Shown here in pieces: positions 1-10,684 of a stretch of DNA of 64,000 bases (position 1 is its first letter; each line of letters begins with the position of its first letter). The notes beneath the pieces were generated by a model, which did not search any database, was not told the origin of the DNA, and was given only the letters and a program-made list of their open reading frames with translations. The DNA lies in NCBI GenBank assembly GCA_013265495.1, contig MU058824.1, positions 3,375,111 to 3,439,110 of the forward strand. The letters are read 5' to 3'. This DNA is from Vicugna vicugna (Eukaryota). The position numbers and the translations under genes were made by a program.

Positions 1-1409
1 TAGTCCCTGGCCTCAGCAAGCAGTTTTTAGTAGGAACATTTTTACTTGACACTAGAATGTAAGTAGGGCATTAATAACTTTTCTTATTCAAACTGAATTA
101 TGAAGTTCTGGGTTAGCTAATCCCTAGGAATTCTGAACTGGAAAACAAGGTGAGAGTGGGGAAAGTTGGAGGGTAGGGTGAGATCATAAGGGCTTCTGGC
201 ATTAATAGCGTGACACTCCCAGTCATGCTCACCTTTAGTCATTGATGGATTCCCTTTTTAATAGGCTTAATCTGTCCAGTTTCTGAGCCAGCCCTGACAC
301 AGCAGAACCAGAGACTATGAAGTTGGTCACGCTGACAGATCTGGTACCTGGAGTTAACCTTGGGTACCTGTGTGCCCACCTAGTCCCACTTAGTTGGTCA
401 GATCAGAAGATCGATGAATGTTCTAGGACTCCAGCACTTGGAACACTGTCAAAAATCCTAGCCTGCTTGACTGAGACCTTGCCTAGTTTTGTTCTCTTAA
501 ATTTATTTTCACTTATATCATCTCTACAAGTGGGCAAAAAAGCTCTGTTTATTTTTCTGCTAGGGTTTTATCTAGATTAGGGATGTTGAATATTAAAATT
601 CCTTAGAATGTTAAGATTCTTCTTACAGTGCAACTTTGAGGTCCTGTGCTGGCAGTCAGGCAACAAATCATTTGATACGGTGATAGATGATGTTGAGTAT
701 GGGTGTACTTTTCTTTATGAACTAATATGTCATTGAGAAACATGTGGGTCTGTCAGTTTATAAATCACGTAGTTTAAAACGGGCTATTAACTAACTGGCT
801 TATTCTAGGAAACAAATGAACTTTTTTTTTTATTAGTCTAAGTAAAGCATTATTAGAAAGGTAAATCTATTGAGAAAACAGTCAGCTCTTGATTATTCAT
901 GTAAACGTAATGAGCAGTGGTATAAATGTATTTTCTTAACTATATTTAGTTTGGAAATTACTAAAACTCTGTTCCTGCAGATAATAAATACCTAGTGTAC
1001 ACTTGCTTTGAGTCAGACATTTACAAATTGGTAGATTGCTTGCTGTATCTCCTCCACCCATATAGACTCATAGTCACATTTTGAAAGCTTTTAAAGAGAT
1101 CTGAAGCTTTTTTCCTCAGTTAAGGAAGAAGGCTTCAGACAGGCAGCTTTTGGCAAAGCACTTATCTTCTCAGCATGAGCTCTTGTAGAGCTTTTAGACT
1201 GGATCTCTTGAGTTTGCTAGAGATGCTTGTGAGTTTTGTGATTCCTGATTCCTTTCCTTCCAGCACAGCAGAAAGTAATAAATTTCATATATTCCAAACT
1301 AACTTATTTTTAAAAAATACCCTTTTAGATCCAAAAGTGTTGGATAGCCATGTTACTTAGGTTTTTGTTTTTTTTTTTAAGATTTTGAGTTCAACTTCAC
1401 ACTGTGTTT

Positions 1410-1900
1410 ATCCAGCATAAATCGGGTTAGGGTAAGAGCGATTCTTTGGCTCATGGAATAGAAAGTCCTAGGGTCATGCTAAGTACGTCATGGCTGGATC
1501 CCAGGGTCTTGATGAGATCAGAACCCCGTTTTTAGATGGCTTGCTTATATGCCAGCTTCATTTTCAGGTAGGCAAAAATTGCCACCATCAGTACTAGACT
1601 TGCATCTCCCTCACAGCTCGCAGTCTGGGTGAAGAGGGTATCTCTGTCTTGATAGTACTAGCAAAAACCTCTAGGGCAGACTCTAACTGGCATGGCTTGG
1701 GTCACATACCCATCTCTGAAACAATGATTGAATGAAGGGGCGTGGTTACCAAAGTAGCCAGGCCTCCCTGGGTCATCTGGAGGAGCTAAAGATCATCTGG
1801 AACTCAGAGGTGTGGGGGCAGTCTGGTCTGTACCATGTGGATGGACTAAGAATGGGTGAACAGTGATTTCCCCCGAAGACATTAGTAGACAGACCCCCCA
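1410..1900. mobile_element. Degraded MaLR LTR (MLT1K/L-like)
   Basis: Motifs such as CATGGCTGGATCCCAGGGTC and GGCTTGGGTCACATACCCATCTCTGAA resemble the MLT1 consensus. Confidence 0.5.
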
Positions 1901-1965
1901 AAAAATGTCCTTTGGAGACAGTATTTGAATATTGATTTGTGGGGAGATGTTAACAAGTTTCAAAT

Positions 1966-2455
1966 TCTAGTTATTACTGTGTAACAAAACACTTGAAAGC
2001 TTAATGGCTTAAAACAAAACAAAACAAAACAAAACAAAACAAAACACTTTATTATTATCTCTAACAGTGCCAAAGGTTGACTGGGCTCAGATGATTCTCT
2101 CTTGGGGTCTGTGATGTGGTTGTAGTCAGATCAAGACCTGGGCTGAAGTCACCTCGAAGTCATGGAGGCAGCTGTTGACTGTCAACTAGATTTCAGCTGG
2201 GCTTCCTTACAGAGTGGTGGCTGGGTTCTAAGAGCAAGCCAAAAAGACCAGGTGAAAGCTGTGTCACCTTTTATGACTTAGCTCACAAGTCACATAGTAT
2301 AACGTTTGCCATAGTCATAGACTTGCCTGGCTTCAAGGGGAGTGAGCAGAGACCCCCGCCTCTTGATGAGAGTGTTAGTGTCATATTGTAAGAAAGCATG
2401 TGAGTTGGGAGATCTTAGTGTGGCCTGCCATCTTGGAAAATACAATCTGCTATAC
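1966..2455 (-). mobile_element. MaLR LTR (MLT1F/G/H-like)
   Basis: TTATTACTGTGTAACAAAACAC...TAATGGCTTAAAAC start and CCATCTTGGAAAATACAATCTGC end are typical of MLT1. Confidence 0.65.
2011..2045 (+). repeat. (AAAAC)7 microsatellite inside the MLT1 LTR
   Basis: Seven perfect pentamer units. Confidence 0.97.
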
Positions 2456-3599
2456 ACACTACCTTATTTCAAATGACTAGTTTTTATAAAGAATAGGAAG
2501 TATAAATTAGGCTATGCCAGTTCTTGGTTGTCCTTATATTGACCAGATCACTTTGTTGCCTAGTGTATCACATAGTATCACTATAAAGCTCTCCAGCATT
2601 CTTTCTCCCTTCCTAATAACACTGATTTCCTAGTTGTGAATTATCTCTGTCCCCTTCATGTGTAATCTTTGTTGATAAACTGGCAGCTAGCCTTTTGCTA
2701 CAGAAGTCAAAATAGAAAGATCCTTCCTCTTTGCTTCTCCAGCACAGTCATGAGAGGTGAGTGGGTCCCTAAGCTCCCCACGTAGAAGCCCTCCTTGGAA
2801 CTTCGAATCTTGAGCATATGATGTCCATACTGAGGGAGCTGTTGGAGGCCATTTATTGCAGGAGCAGTAGTCCAAGGAGCTCTCAGATAGCTTTCACTCA
2901 GGTAAACCTGGTTTGGGTTCTGTTGGTTTTAAGTACAAAGCCTTAAGTGACAGACCATCATAACTACAGCTAGCTGTATTTTAATACCCAAATTAATAAG
3001 GTTTCTTTAATTATGCCAGAAAGCTCAACTGAGAAAGTATATTTACTCAAGGAAGTTGTTAAAACAGTGATTACTAACTTTTATTACAGTGGGGTCTCTT
3101 AATGCTAAGTGGCATCATCAGTTTCTGTTAAAAGGAAACTTTCCTTTGATGTGAATATATACTTGACATAATCATACTTATGTTTCAATGAGTGAGAGTT
3201 TCAACAGTGAGAGTTTCTAATGAAATGGAAACTGACTCTGTATCATGTTTTAACATAAGTGTGTTTTTTATTAGAATCGAAGAAAAGAATTGGGATTTCT
3301 AATTGACTTGATCATAGTTTTGGGACAGCAGTGGGAGATTGGGAATAAAACATATATTAAGTATACTTACAAAAATATCCTTTACTAACAGACAGTATCA
3401 TCTGTTTTATCCATGTGGTTACACATCACTTTACTCTTCAGTGTCACCAAGTGTATGTAGCAGATACTGTCTGTGCTCTGACTAGGTCCCCTTGATTGCT
3501 TTTTCCAGTTCTGTGCACTAGTTATGCAGCTTTGAGTGAAGCTTTGCCTCTGATGGCTGGTGTCTGTGACTCTTGAGAATTGTCCTTGAGTAACTGGCA

Positions 3600-3975
3600 T
3601 CACATTATGCCTGGACCCGGAGAGCCTAAGTGCCTGGCAGTTTCCGTCTCCCTGGAGAGGCTCTTAGCTGTTGACTGACTAATGCAGGGCTATGAAAGAC
3701 CGGTTCCCTTGCCTTGAGGTGGCTCATACTCAGTTATTTATACTCCAGAGTTCCCCTACTAGACCAGGCTAAAGCTGGGGTTTTGCCCCAGATTGCGCCC
3801 TAGCTTGGCTGCTGCTGCTCCTTCTCTCTATTGCTTCCCATTCCTAGTTGTTTTATTGTTACTGCCACCACCACCTCTGCTACTGTCAGCACTGCAGGCA
3901 CTGAAACGTTGGTTCCCGTCTCCATGGCAGGAGAAAGAGGCAAGCTCACTGTCTAGTGCACTTGTTTTAACTTAA
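3600..3975. mobile_element. ERVL LTR remnant (LTR16-like)
   Basis: GTTCCCTTGCCTTGAGGTGG...TACTCCAGAGTTCCCC...AGGCTAAAGCT resembles the LTR16 families. Confidence 0.5.
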
Positions 3976-4759
3976 GGGGGCCCCAGTTGACTTGGTCTCT
4001 TAGTTCTCAGAGTGACTCTGAGGTTGGTACAAATTCCTGAGACAACTCCCTGTTTAATTTCGTTTGCTTCTTGAACCAGAATGTTTCTTCCCTGTGACTG
4101 CTATAAAATAATCGCCTCCTTGGAACTTGACACTTACTAGGATATGCGTTTTTTTTTCCCAATTACTGTGAGCAGTAATTGCATTTTGTTTAATCTCCCC
4201 AAAGCCTTGAGCTCTGTGGTCCCTGATTGAGGCAGGTCGGGGTCAGGGGCGCATGTGCTGTGCTTGCCATGGGTGACCCTTTACTCCGAGTAAAGGGAAG
4301 GTTGAGAAAGCAAGGTGACAGTGGGAAAGTATGTGTTTCAGTGGTATATCTTGTTGTTGGAAACTCTTCAAAAGCAGAAGAAAAAATAGGAGGTAAAAGA
4401 ATATGGCTAATGTGGCGCTGCTTTGAGGCATTTTACTCTGTTACTTTGCAGGTACAGCAAAGACCTATGAGTTGGCACCGTAGACCCTTGCTTTTTAATG
4501 GGTTTAGAGTTTGCTCTTTTAGTTACTTCCCAGGGATCCTAAGGTATGTGTTCTGTGGTCATTTGTCATTTCACTGAATCATAACTTGGCGGGGCCCCGA
4601 GAGCAAGTGGGTGAGCCTGGTGTGCTGCGTGGCGTCCACGTTGCCCTCTGCTTGCAGGAATCCTTGTGAAGTGCCACAGTGGTGTTCATGAATTTGGAGA
4701 TGTGCAAAGATCTCAGAGTGTATGCCTTTAGAATGTCAAGGATCTACCATGTTTTTTAA

Positions 4760-6300
4760 AGTTTCATTTTATAAAAGTTAATGTGTATATATATTTATGT
4801 TTTAAGAGCCACATAGTTCCATAAGGCTTGCTTAGAGATAAAAAATAGCGGTTCTCTCTTCCATCCTTTTCCCCTCCAATTTCCCCCTCAGAGGCAACCA
4901 CTTCCACTCGTTTCAGTTGTTTCTTCCACTGCTGACTTCTGTACTTCCAAGTAACATGCTTATATGACTGTTTCTTGAGGTAGTATTTCAGACAGTATTT
5001 CTTGACTACTAGGGAAGGTGAGAATTTAACTTTCTTAACACCACTTCTCCTCCAGTTCCCTCCAACTCCACCCCACGCCACCCTTGCCCATGCAAACTGG
5101 CCTTCCCCTACCCTTCCAATATCTCAAATTTGGCTCCGTGTTCACATTATTGCGATTCTGTAAACATTGTCTACAAACAAACCACATAGAACACTGCAAC
5201 TAAACAACCATTTTTCCTGGAGTTAATTTAAAATTTTTCTTGTTTTAATACCTATCTTCACATTTTTATAGAACTGTTAACTTCTTAGAACTCTCAGCCA
5301 TACCATGTGATCTATCCATTCCATTTTTTCCCTTTGAGGAGCTCCTTCTTGGAGTCCTGCTTCAGTCTGAACTGGCTGCTCCCCAGCCCCGCTGTCTAGC
5401 AGTCATCTTGAGCTTCATCACCATCTTTAAAATTCTCTTTGCCTGTTTTCTAGGCTAAGTCTCTACTTCCTATGATCTTTGTCTTTCTTTTGTTGGTTTA
5501 TTCCCAGCTTCATTAAGCACAACCTTTAGTAGCTGCCTGAGAAAGGATATGTGGGAGGTAAACTTTTGGGTTCTTGTTTGTCTGAAAATGCCTTGGTCTC
5601 CCCTCACAATTGATTACTAGTTTGGCTGGATATGATCTAAGTTGGAAATAATTTTCTTGGAGAACTTTAAAGGAATGTCACTTTTTACCTTTCGATACTG
5701 CTTTTGAAAAGTCTAATGCCAGTTCTATCCCCGATTCACTGTCTGCCTGCCCCTGGCCCCCAACACACTTTCAGGAGTTTATCCAGGTGTTTCAAAATGT
5801 CACTGTAATGAGCCAGGTGTGGGGGTTTGTTCATTCATATTGCTGAGCACTTGGTGGACCTTTTTAGTCTGAATAAGTTAACTTCTTCAGTTCTTGGAAT
5901 TTTTCTTATGTTGTTTATCACTTTCCCCATTTTCTTTTCTTTTTCTATAATCAGACCCTGGATTTCATTAATTAATCTTTTTTTTCTTATTCATTCACAT
6001 TTATTTCTCCTTTGCCTTGTGTGTGAAAATTTCCTCAACCATATTATCTTCCAGCCCTTCTAGTAACTTACAAAAATTTTGCAATTTTAAATTTTTAATA
6101 ATTTCCTTATTTCCTGAATATTCCATTTTTTAAAAATGTTAAAAACATACTCTCTTCTTGTTTTGTGGATATGGTATCCTATTTCTCTGAGGATGTTTAA
6201 TTATAGGTATTTTTCCCCCTTAGTTCCCCCCTGCCCCTTGCCCCACTGTTTCTGTTTCTTCCAGATGCCTGTTTGTTTAGGGCCTTGACTTTATGATGAT
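4760..6300 (-). mobile_element. Old L1ME-type LINE fragments (antisense)
   Basis: T-rich; CCCCTCAGAGGCAACCACT (L1ME 3') and TCTGAAAATGCC...TTTGGCTGGATAT (ORF1-derived) motifs. Confidence 0.5.
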
Positions 6301-7249
6301 GGAGGTGTTTCCCCCTCCAGTTTGTGGTGCTCCTGACTGCTCAGACTTAGGAGTGAAGCAGTACGTGATTGGAAACTGAGTGAATGGGCCCTGAGGACTG
6401 TGGGCTTCACTACAGGCAAATTTGATGGGGACCCAGGTGTTCCATTGGAGGGGCTCCCCAGACCTAGAGCCTGGCTGCCAGCCTTCTGCTGGTGGGCGGG
6501 GTGAGGGGAAGCAGCTCACCTTCTGGTGCAGACTTCTAACTTCATGCTCCAGTTGTCGATGTAGCAGCTCATCCCAGCCTCAGGTGCTCACATGGTGTCC
6601 CGAGTACAGTTTTGCCTTTTCAGCCACCCAAACCCAGCCAGAGACCTCTGCCCGCAGAAGGCCTTCCACACTCCCTCTCCCACCCCTGGCAGAGGCAGGT
6701 GCCCCTTCCTTGTCCCCTGTAGCACCTTATACTTCCTATCATAGCATTATAATACCTTCTTGTATTTGAATGTTCATTAGTCTCTTCCCCCTGAGGGCAG
6801 GCACTGGATCATTTTATCTCTAGTGCCAGGCACACTAGATCTTCCATCTGCATGCATTTGTATTCTGGGGTTTAACCATTAGATTCTGCCTCACCCCCTC
6901 CCAGAACACCAGAGGTTCCTTCTCTGGAGAAGGTGGAACAGGGTTTTAAACTCTGTGGCTCTTTCAGCTTCTGCAGAGTCGGTGGGTGGAGGGCACAGAG
7001 GAGCACCTCTTTGGGGCTACTGACCCTGTTTTCCAACCACATAATGAGAATCTGTCATGAGCACAAGTCAAGGATACAGAGACTTTGAGTCAGCAGGCAC
7101 GTAGTTCTTAGGAAGTGTAGCAGTTTTTTCGAAGAGTAAGCAATTCTTGTTTCTGACTAGTCCAGAGGATGAAAATGTGCAGATGATTAATGGTTACAAA
7201 CTCCACTTTGGAAAGTGATCCACCCATAGGCCATGTGGACTCTTCTTTT

Positions 7250-7830
7250 TGCCCCTTTTTAAATTTTAACATTTATGAAAAATTTCAAATGTATAAAAAA
7301 TAAACTTTTGAAGCAAATGCCAGACCTCATGTCATTTCATCTGTAAGCATTTCAGTATATTCTCTCTTTAAAAAATACTCTTTTGAAAAAAAAGAAAATC
7401 AGAATGCCATTATCACACCTAAGGGGAAAAACACCCAGTGACTCCTTACCGTCATCAGAGAGATGTGTGCTATCCCCAGCAGTCAGTCTCGTTGGCTTCA
7501 TAGAAGTCCTGCCGTTCAGAATGGACTCTGAGGAGGTGGTTCTGAAATTTGTTCATCTTGTTTCTCTTTCTCTATTATTTTTTTTGAAGTTTAAATTATT
7601 GAGTTTTGTTGAGGTATAATGTACATACTACAAAAGGACCTTGTTTTAAGTGTACAATTCAAATATTTTCAGAAAATTTGATGTATAATCATCATAATCT
7701 AATTTTAGAACATTGCCATCATGCCCCCTAAAGTCCCTCTTCCCATTTGCAGTCCCTCCCTGGGCTCACCCTCAGCCCCAGGTAACCACTATCTACTCTT
7801 TCTCTCTAAATTTAATCTTTTCTGTGCCAC
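7250..7830 (-). mobile_element. L1M 3'-end fragments (antisense)
   Basis: TTGAGGTATAATGTACATAC...TTTAAGTGTACAATTC...CAGCCCCAGGTAACCACT. Confidence 0.6.
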
Positions 7831-8625
7831 CGGTGTGGAACTTCCATTAGATTATTTTTTTTACTGACTAGACTTCCAGCCAGTCCTCTTGTCTTGGCAT
7901 CATCTTCACTCCACTTCCCCTGGCACCTTGGCAAGCAGTTCCTGAGCCTTTGAGGGGGTGTTGTATATAAGTCAGCGTTTTATTCACTGCCAGTTTAGGA
8001 TTCCGCTTTCTGGCTGTGCTCATTTGTTCACCTGCTCACCAGCTTCCAAAATGCTGTGGATATTTCTTTCCCATTCTTTTTTTTCCTTGTGAGTTTTTAC
8101 CTTTAAAACAACGACAAAACCCCCCCAATAAATTTTACTGTCTTGTTAATGGGGTTTCAGGAGCGAGTTGGAGCAGGGTCTGGGGTAAATGTTGTGTGTG
8201 CAGTCTGCTACCATCTCTAACTGGAAATTGTCCCCACTAATATTGATTTGCCCTTTTCATTTATTTATTTTAGGTTTCTAAAAGACTCTGGAATTTCCTG
8301 GAGTTTCTTTGTTGTCCTGAGGGAATGCAGGACTCTGACTTCTCTGGGGTAGATACTGTTTCACCCCACTTTGGTCTTCTAACACGGGCCCTGGGTGATA
8401 AGAGTGGGTCTCTAAGAGAACAGCCAGTAGCTGATCCTCCTGTGTGCGTGCTTCCGGGGCTGTCGGCTGAACCAGCATTTGCTCCTCATTTGACAGGTTT
8501 GTAGCCTGTGTGCCCACCATCAGAAACATCACAAGCTTTAAAAGGTTCGGGCCTGGCCATTCACGCCGTTCTTTTCATCACACTTTCTGTGCTCTGACTC
8601 TGACTTAAGCTTTTCTAAGTCTTGA

Positions 8626-8650
8626 CACTTTCTTTTTTGCTCCTAGGATC
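8626..8650 (+). other. ZBTB5: Splice acceptor of the ZBTB5 coding exon (exon starts 8647, 4 nt before ATG); 1-8646 is intron 1, and exon 1 lies outside the window
   Basis: Polypyrimidine tract CTTTCTTTTTTGCTCCTAG|GATCATG. Confidence 0.9.
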
Positions 8651-10684
8651 ATGGATTTTCCTGGCCACTTTGAACAGATCTTCCAGCAGCTGAACTACCA
8701 GAGGCTTCACGGCCAGCTCTGTGACTGTGTCATTGTAGTGGGGAACAGACATTTCAAAGCCCACCGCTCTGTCCTGGCAGCGTGCAGCACGCACTTCCGA
8801 GCCCTGTTCTCAGTGGCAGAGGGAGATCAGACCATGAACATGATCCAGCTGGACAGCGAGGTAGTGACAGCGGAGGCCTTTGCCGCACTGATTGACATGA
8901 TGTATACCTCCACCCTCATGCTGGGGGAGAGCAACGTTATGGATGTCTTATTGGCAGCCTCTCACCTGCACCTGAACTCTGTCGTTAAGGCATGTAAACA
9001 TTACTTAACGACAAGGACGCTGCCCATGTCTCCCCCTAGCGAGCGCATTCAGGAGCAGAGCGCCCGCATGCAGCGCTCCTTTATGCTGCAGCAGCTGGGA
9101 CTGAGCATCGTCAGCTCGGCCCTCAGCTCCAGCCAGGGTGGCGAGGAGCAGCCAGCCCCCATCAGCTCCTCAATGCGCAGTAACCTGGACCCGCGGACAC
9201 CCTTCCCCATGAGACGCCTGCATAAGCGCAAGCAGTCTGCGGAGGAGCGGGCCAGACAGCGCCTCCGGCCCGCCCTGGATGAGTCGGCCATCTCTGACGT
9301 GGCGCCAGAGAATGGGCCACCAGGGGTTCATTCTCGGGAGGAGTTCTTTTCACCAGATTCTCTGAAAATTGTGGATAACCCTAAGGCTGACGGGATGACC
9401 GACAACCAGGAAGATGGCGCCATCATGTTCGACCAGTCCTTCGGTGCTCAAGAAGATGCCCAGGTGCCCAGCCAGTCCGACAACAGTGCTGGCAACATGG
9501 CCCAGCTGTCCATGGCCTCCCGCGCCACCCAGGTCGAGACTACTTTTGAGCAGGAAGCTGCAGCTGAGAAAAGTAGTTTTCAGTGTGAAAACCCTGAGGT
9601 TGGCCTTGGTGAGAAGGAGCACATGAGAGTGGTGGTTAAATCTGAGCCCCTGAGCTCTCCTGAGCCTCAGGATGAAGTGAGCGACGTGACCTCCCAAGCA
9701 GAAGGCAGCGAGTCGGTGGAAGTGGAGGGAGTGGTGGTCAGTGCGGAGAAGATAGACCTCAGCCCCGAGAGCAGCGACCGGAGTTTCTCGGATCCCCAGT
9801 CTAGCACTGACCGGGTAGGGGACATCCATATTTTGGAAGTTACAAACAACCTAGAACATAAATCTACTTTTAGCATTTCAAATTTTCTTAACAAGAGCAG
9901 AGGAAGTAACTTTAGTGCAAATCAGAGTAACGATGATAATATCCCAAACACCACTAGTGACTGCAGGCTGGAGGGGGAGGCCCCTTATTTGTTGAGTCCA
10001 GAGGCTGGGCCTGCAGGCGGGCCCCCCTCGGCCCCTGGCTCTCACGTGGAGAACCCGTTCAGCGAGCCCGCGGACTCGCACTTTGTCAGGCCCATGCAGG
10101 AGGTGATGGGCCTGCCGTGTGTGCAGACCTCGGGCTACCAAGGAGGAGAACAGTTTGGGATGGATTTTTCCAGGTCTGGTTTGGGGCTGCATTCCTCCTT
10201 CTCCAGGGTAATGATGGGCTCCCCAAGGGGAGGAGCCAGTAACTTTCCATACTATCGCCGCATAGCTCCCAAAATGCCAGTGGTCACCTCTGTCAGGAGC
10301 TCCCAGATCCCAGAGAACTCTGCCAGCTCCCAGCTAATGATGAACACAGCCACATCCTCCTTTGAAAGTGGCCATCCTTCGCAGCCCGGCCCCCCACAGC
10401 TGACGAGGGCATCTGCAGACGTCCTGTCGAAGTGCAAGAAGGCCTTATCAGAGCACAATGTCTTGGTTGTAGAGGGAGCTCGCAAGTATGCCTGTAAAAT
10501 CTGCTGCAAGACTTTCCTGACCTTGACAGACTGCAAGAAGCACATCCGTGTTCACACAGGTGAAAAGCCCTACGCCTGCCTGAAGTGTGGCAAGAGGTTC
10601 AGTCAGTCCAGCCACCTGTACAAACACTCGAAGACCACCTGCCTGCGCTGGCAGAGCAGCAACCTTCCCAGCACTCTGCTCTGA
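8651..10684 (+). CDS. ZBTB5: Zinc finger and BTB domain-containing protein 5; complete CDS in one exon (677 aa)
   Basis: ORF starts MDFPGHFEQIFQQLNYQRLHGQLCDC (BTB/POZ, ~aa1-120). Two C-terminal zinc fingers with a TGEKP linker at 10487-10642. Neighbour is GRHPR, as in human. Confidence 0.98.
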   Translation: MDFPGHFEQIFQQLNYQRLHGQLCDCVIVVGNRHFKAHRSVLAACSTHFRALFSVAEGDQTMNMIQLDSEVVTAEAFAALIDMMYTSTLMLGESNVMDVLLAASHLHLNSVVKACKHYLTTRTLPMSPPSERIQEQSARMQRSFMLQQLGLSIVSSALSSSQGGEEQPAPISSSMRSNLDPRTPFPMRRLHKRKQSAEERARQRLRPALDESAISDVAPENGPPGVHSREEFFSPDSLKIVDNPKADGMTDNQEDGAIMFDQSFGAQEDAQVPSQSDNSAGNMAQLSMASRATQVETTFEQEAAAEKSSFQCENPEVGLGEKEHMRVVVKSEPLSSPEPQDEVSDVTSQAEGSESVEVEGVVVSAEKIDLSPESSDRSFSDPQSSTDRVGDIHILEVTNNLEHKSTFSISNFLNKSRGSNFSANQSNDDNIPNTTSDCRLEGEAPYLLSPEAGPAGGPPSAPGSHVENPFSEPADSHFVRPMQEVMGLPCVQTSGYQGGEQFGMDFSRSGLGLHSSFSRVMMGSPRGGASNFPYYRRIAPKMPVVTSVRSSQIPENSASSQLMMNTATSSFESGHPSQPGPPQLTRASADVLSKCKKALSEHNVLVVEGARKYACKICCKTFLTLTDCKKHIRVHTGEKPYACLKCGKRFSQSSHLYKHSKTTCLRWQSSNLPSTLL

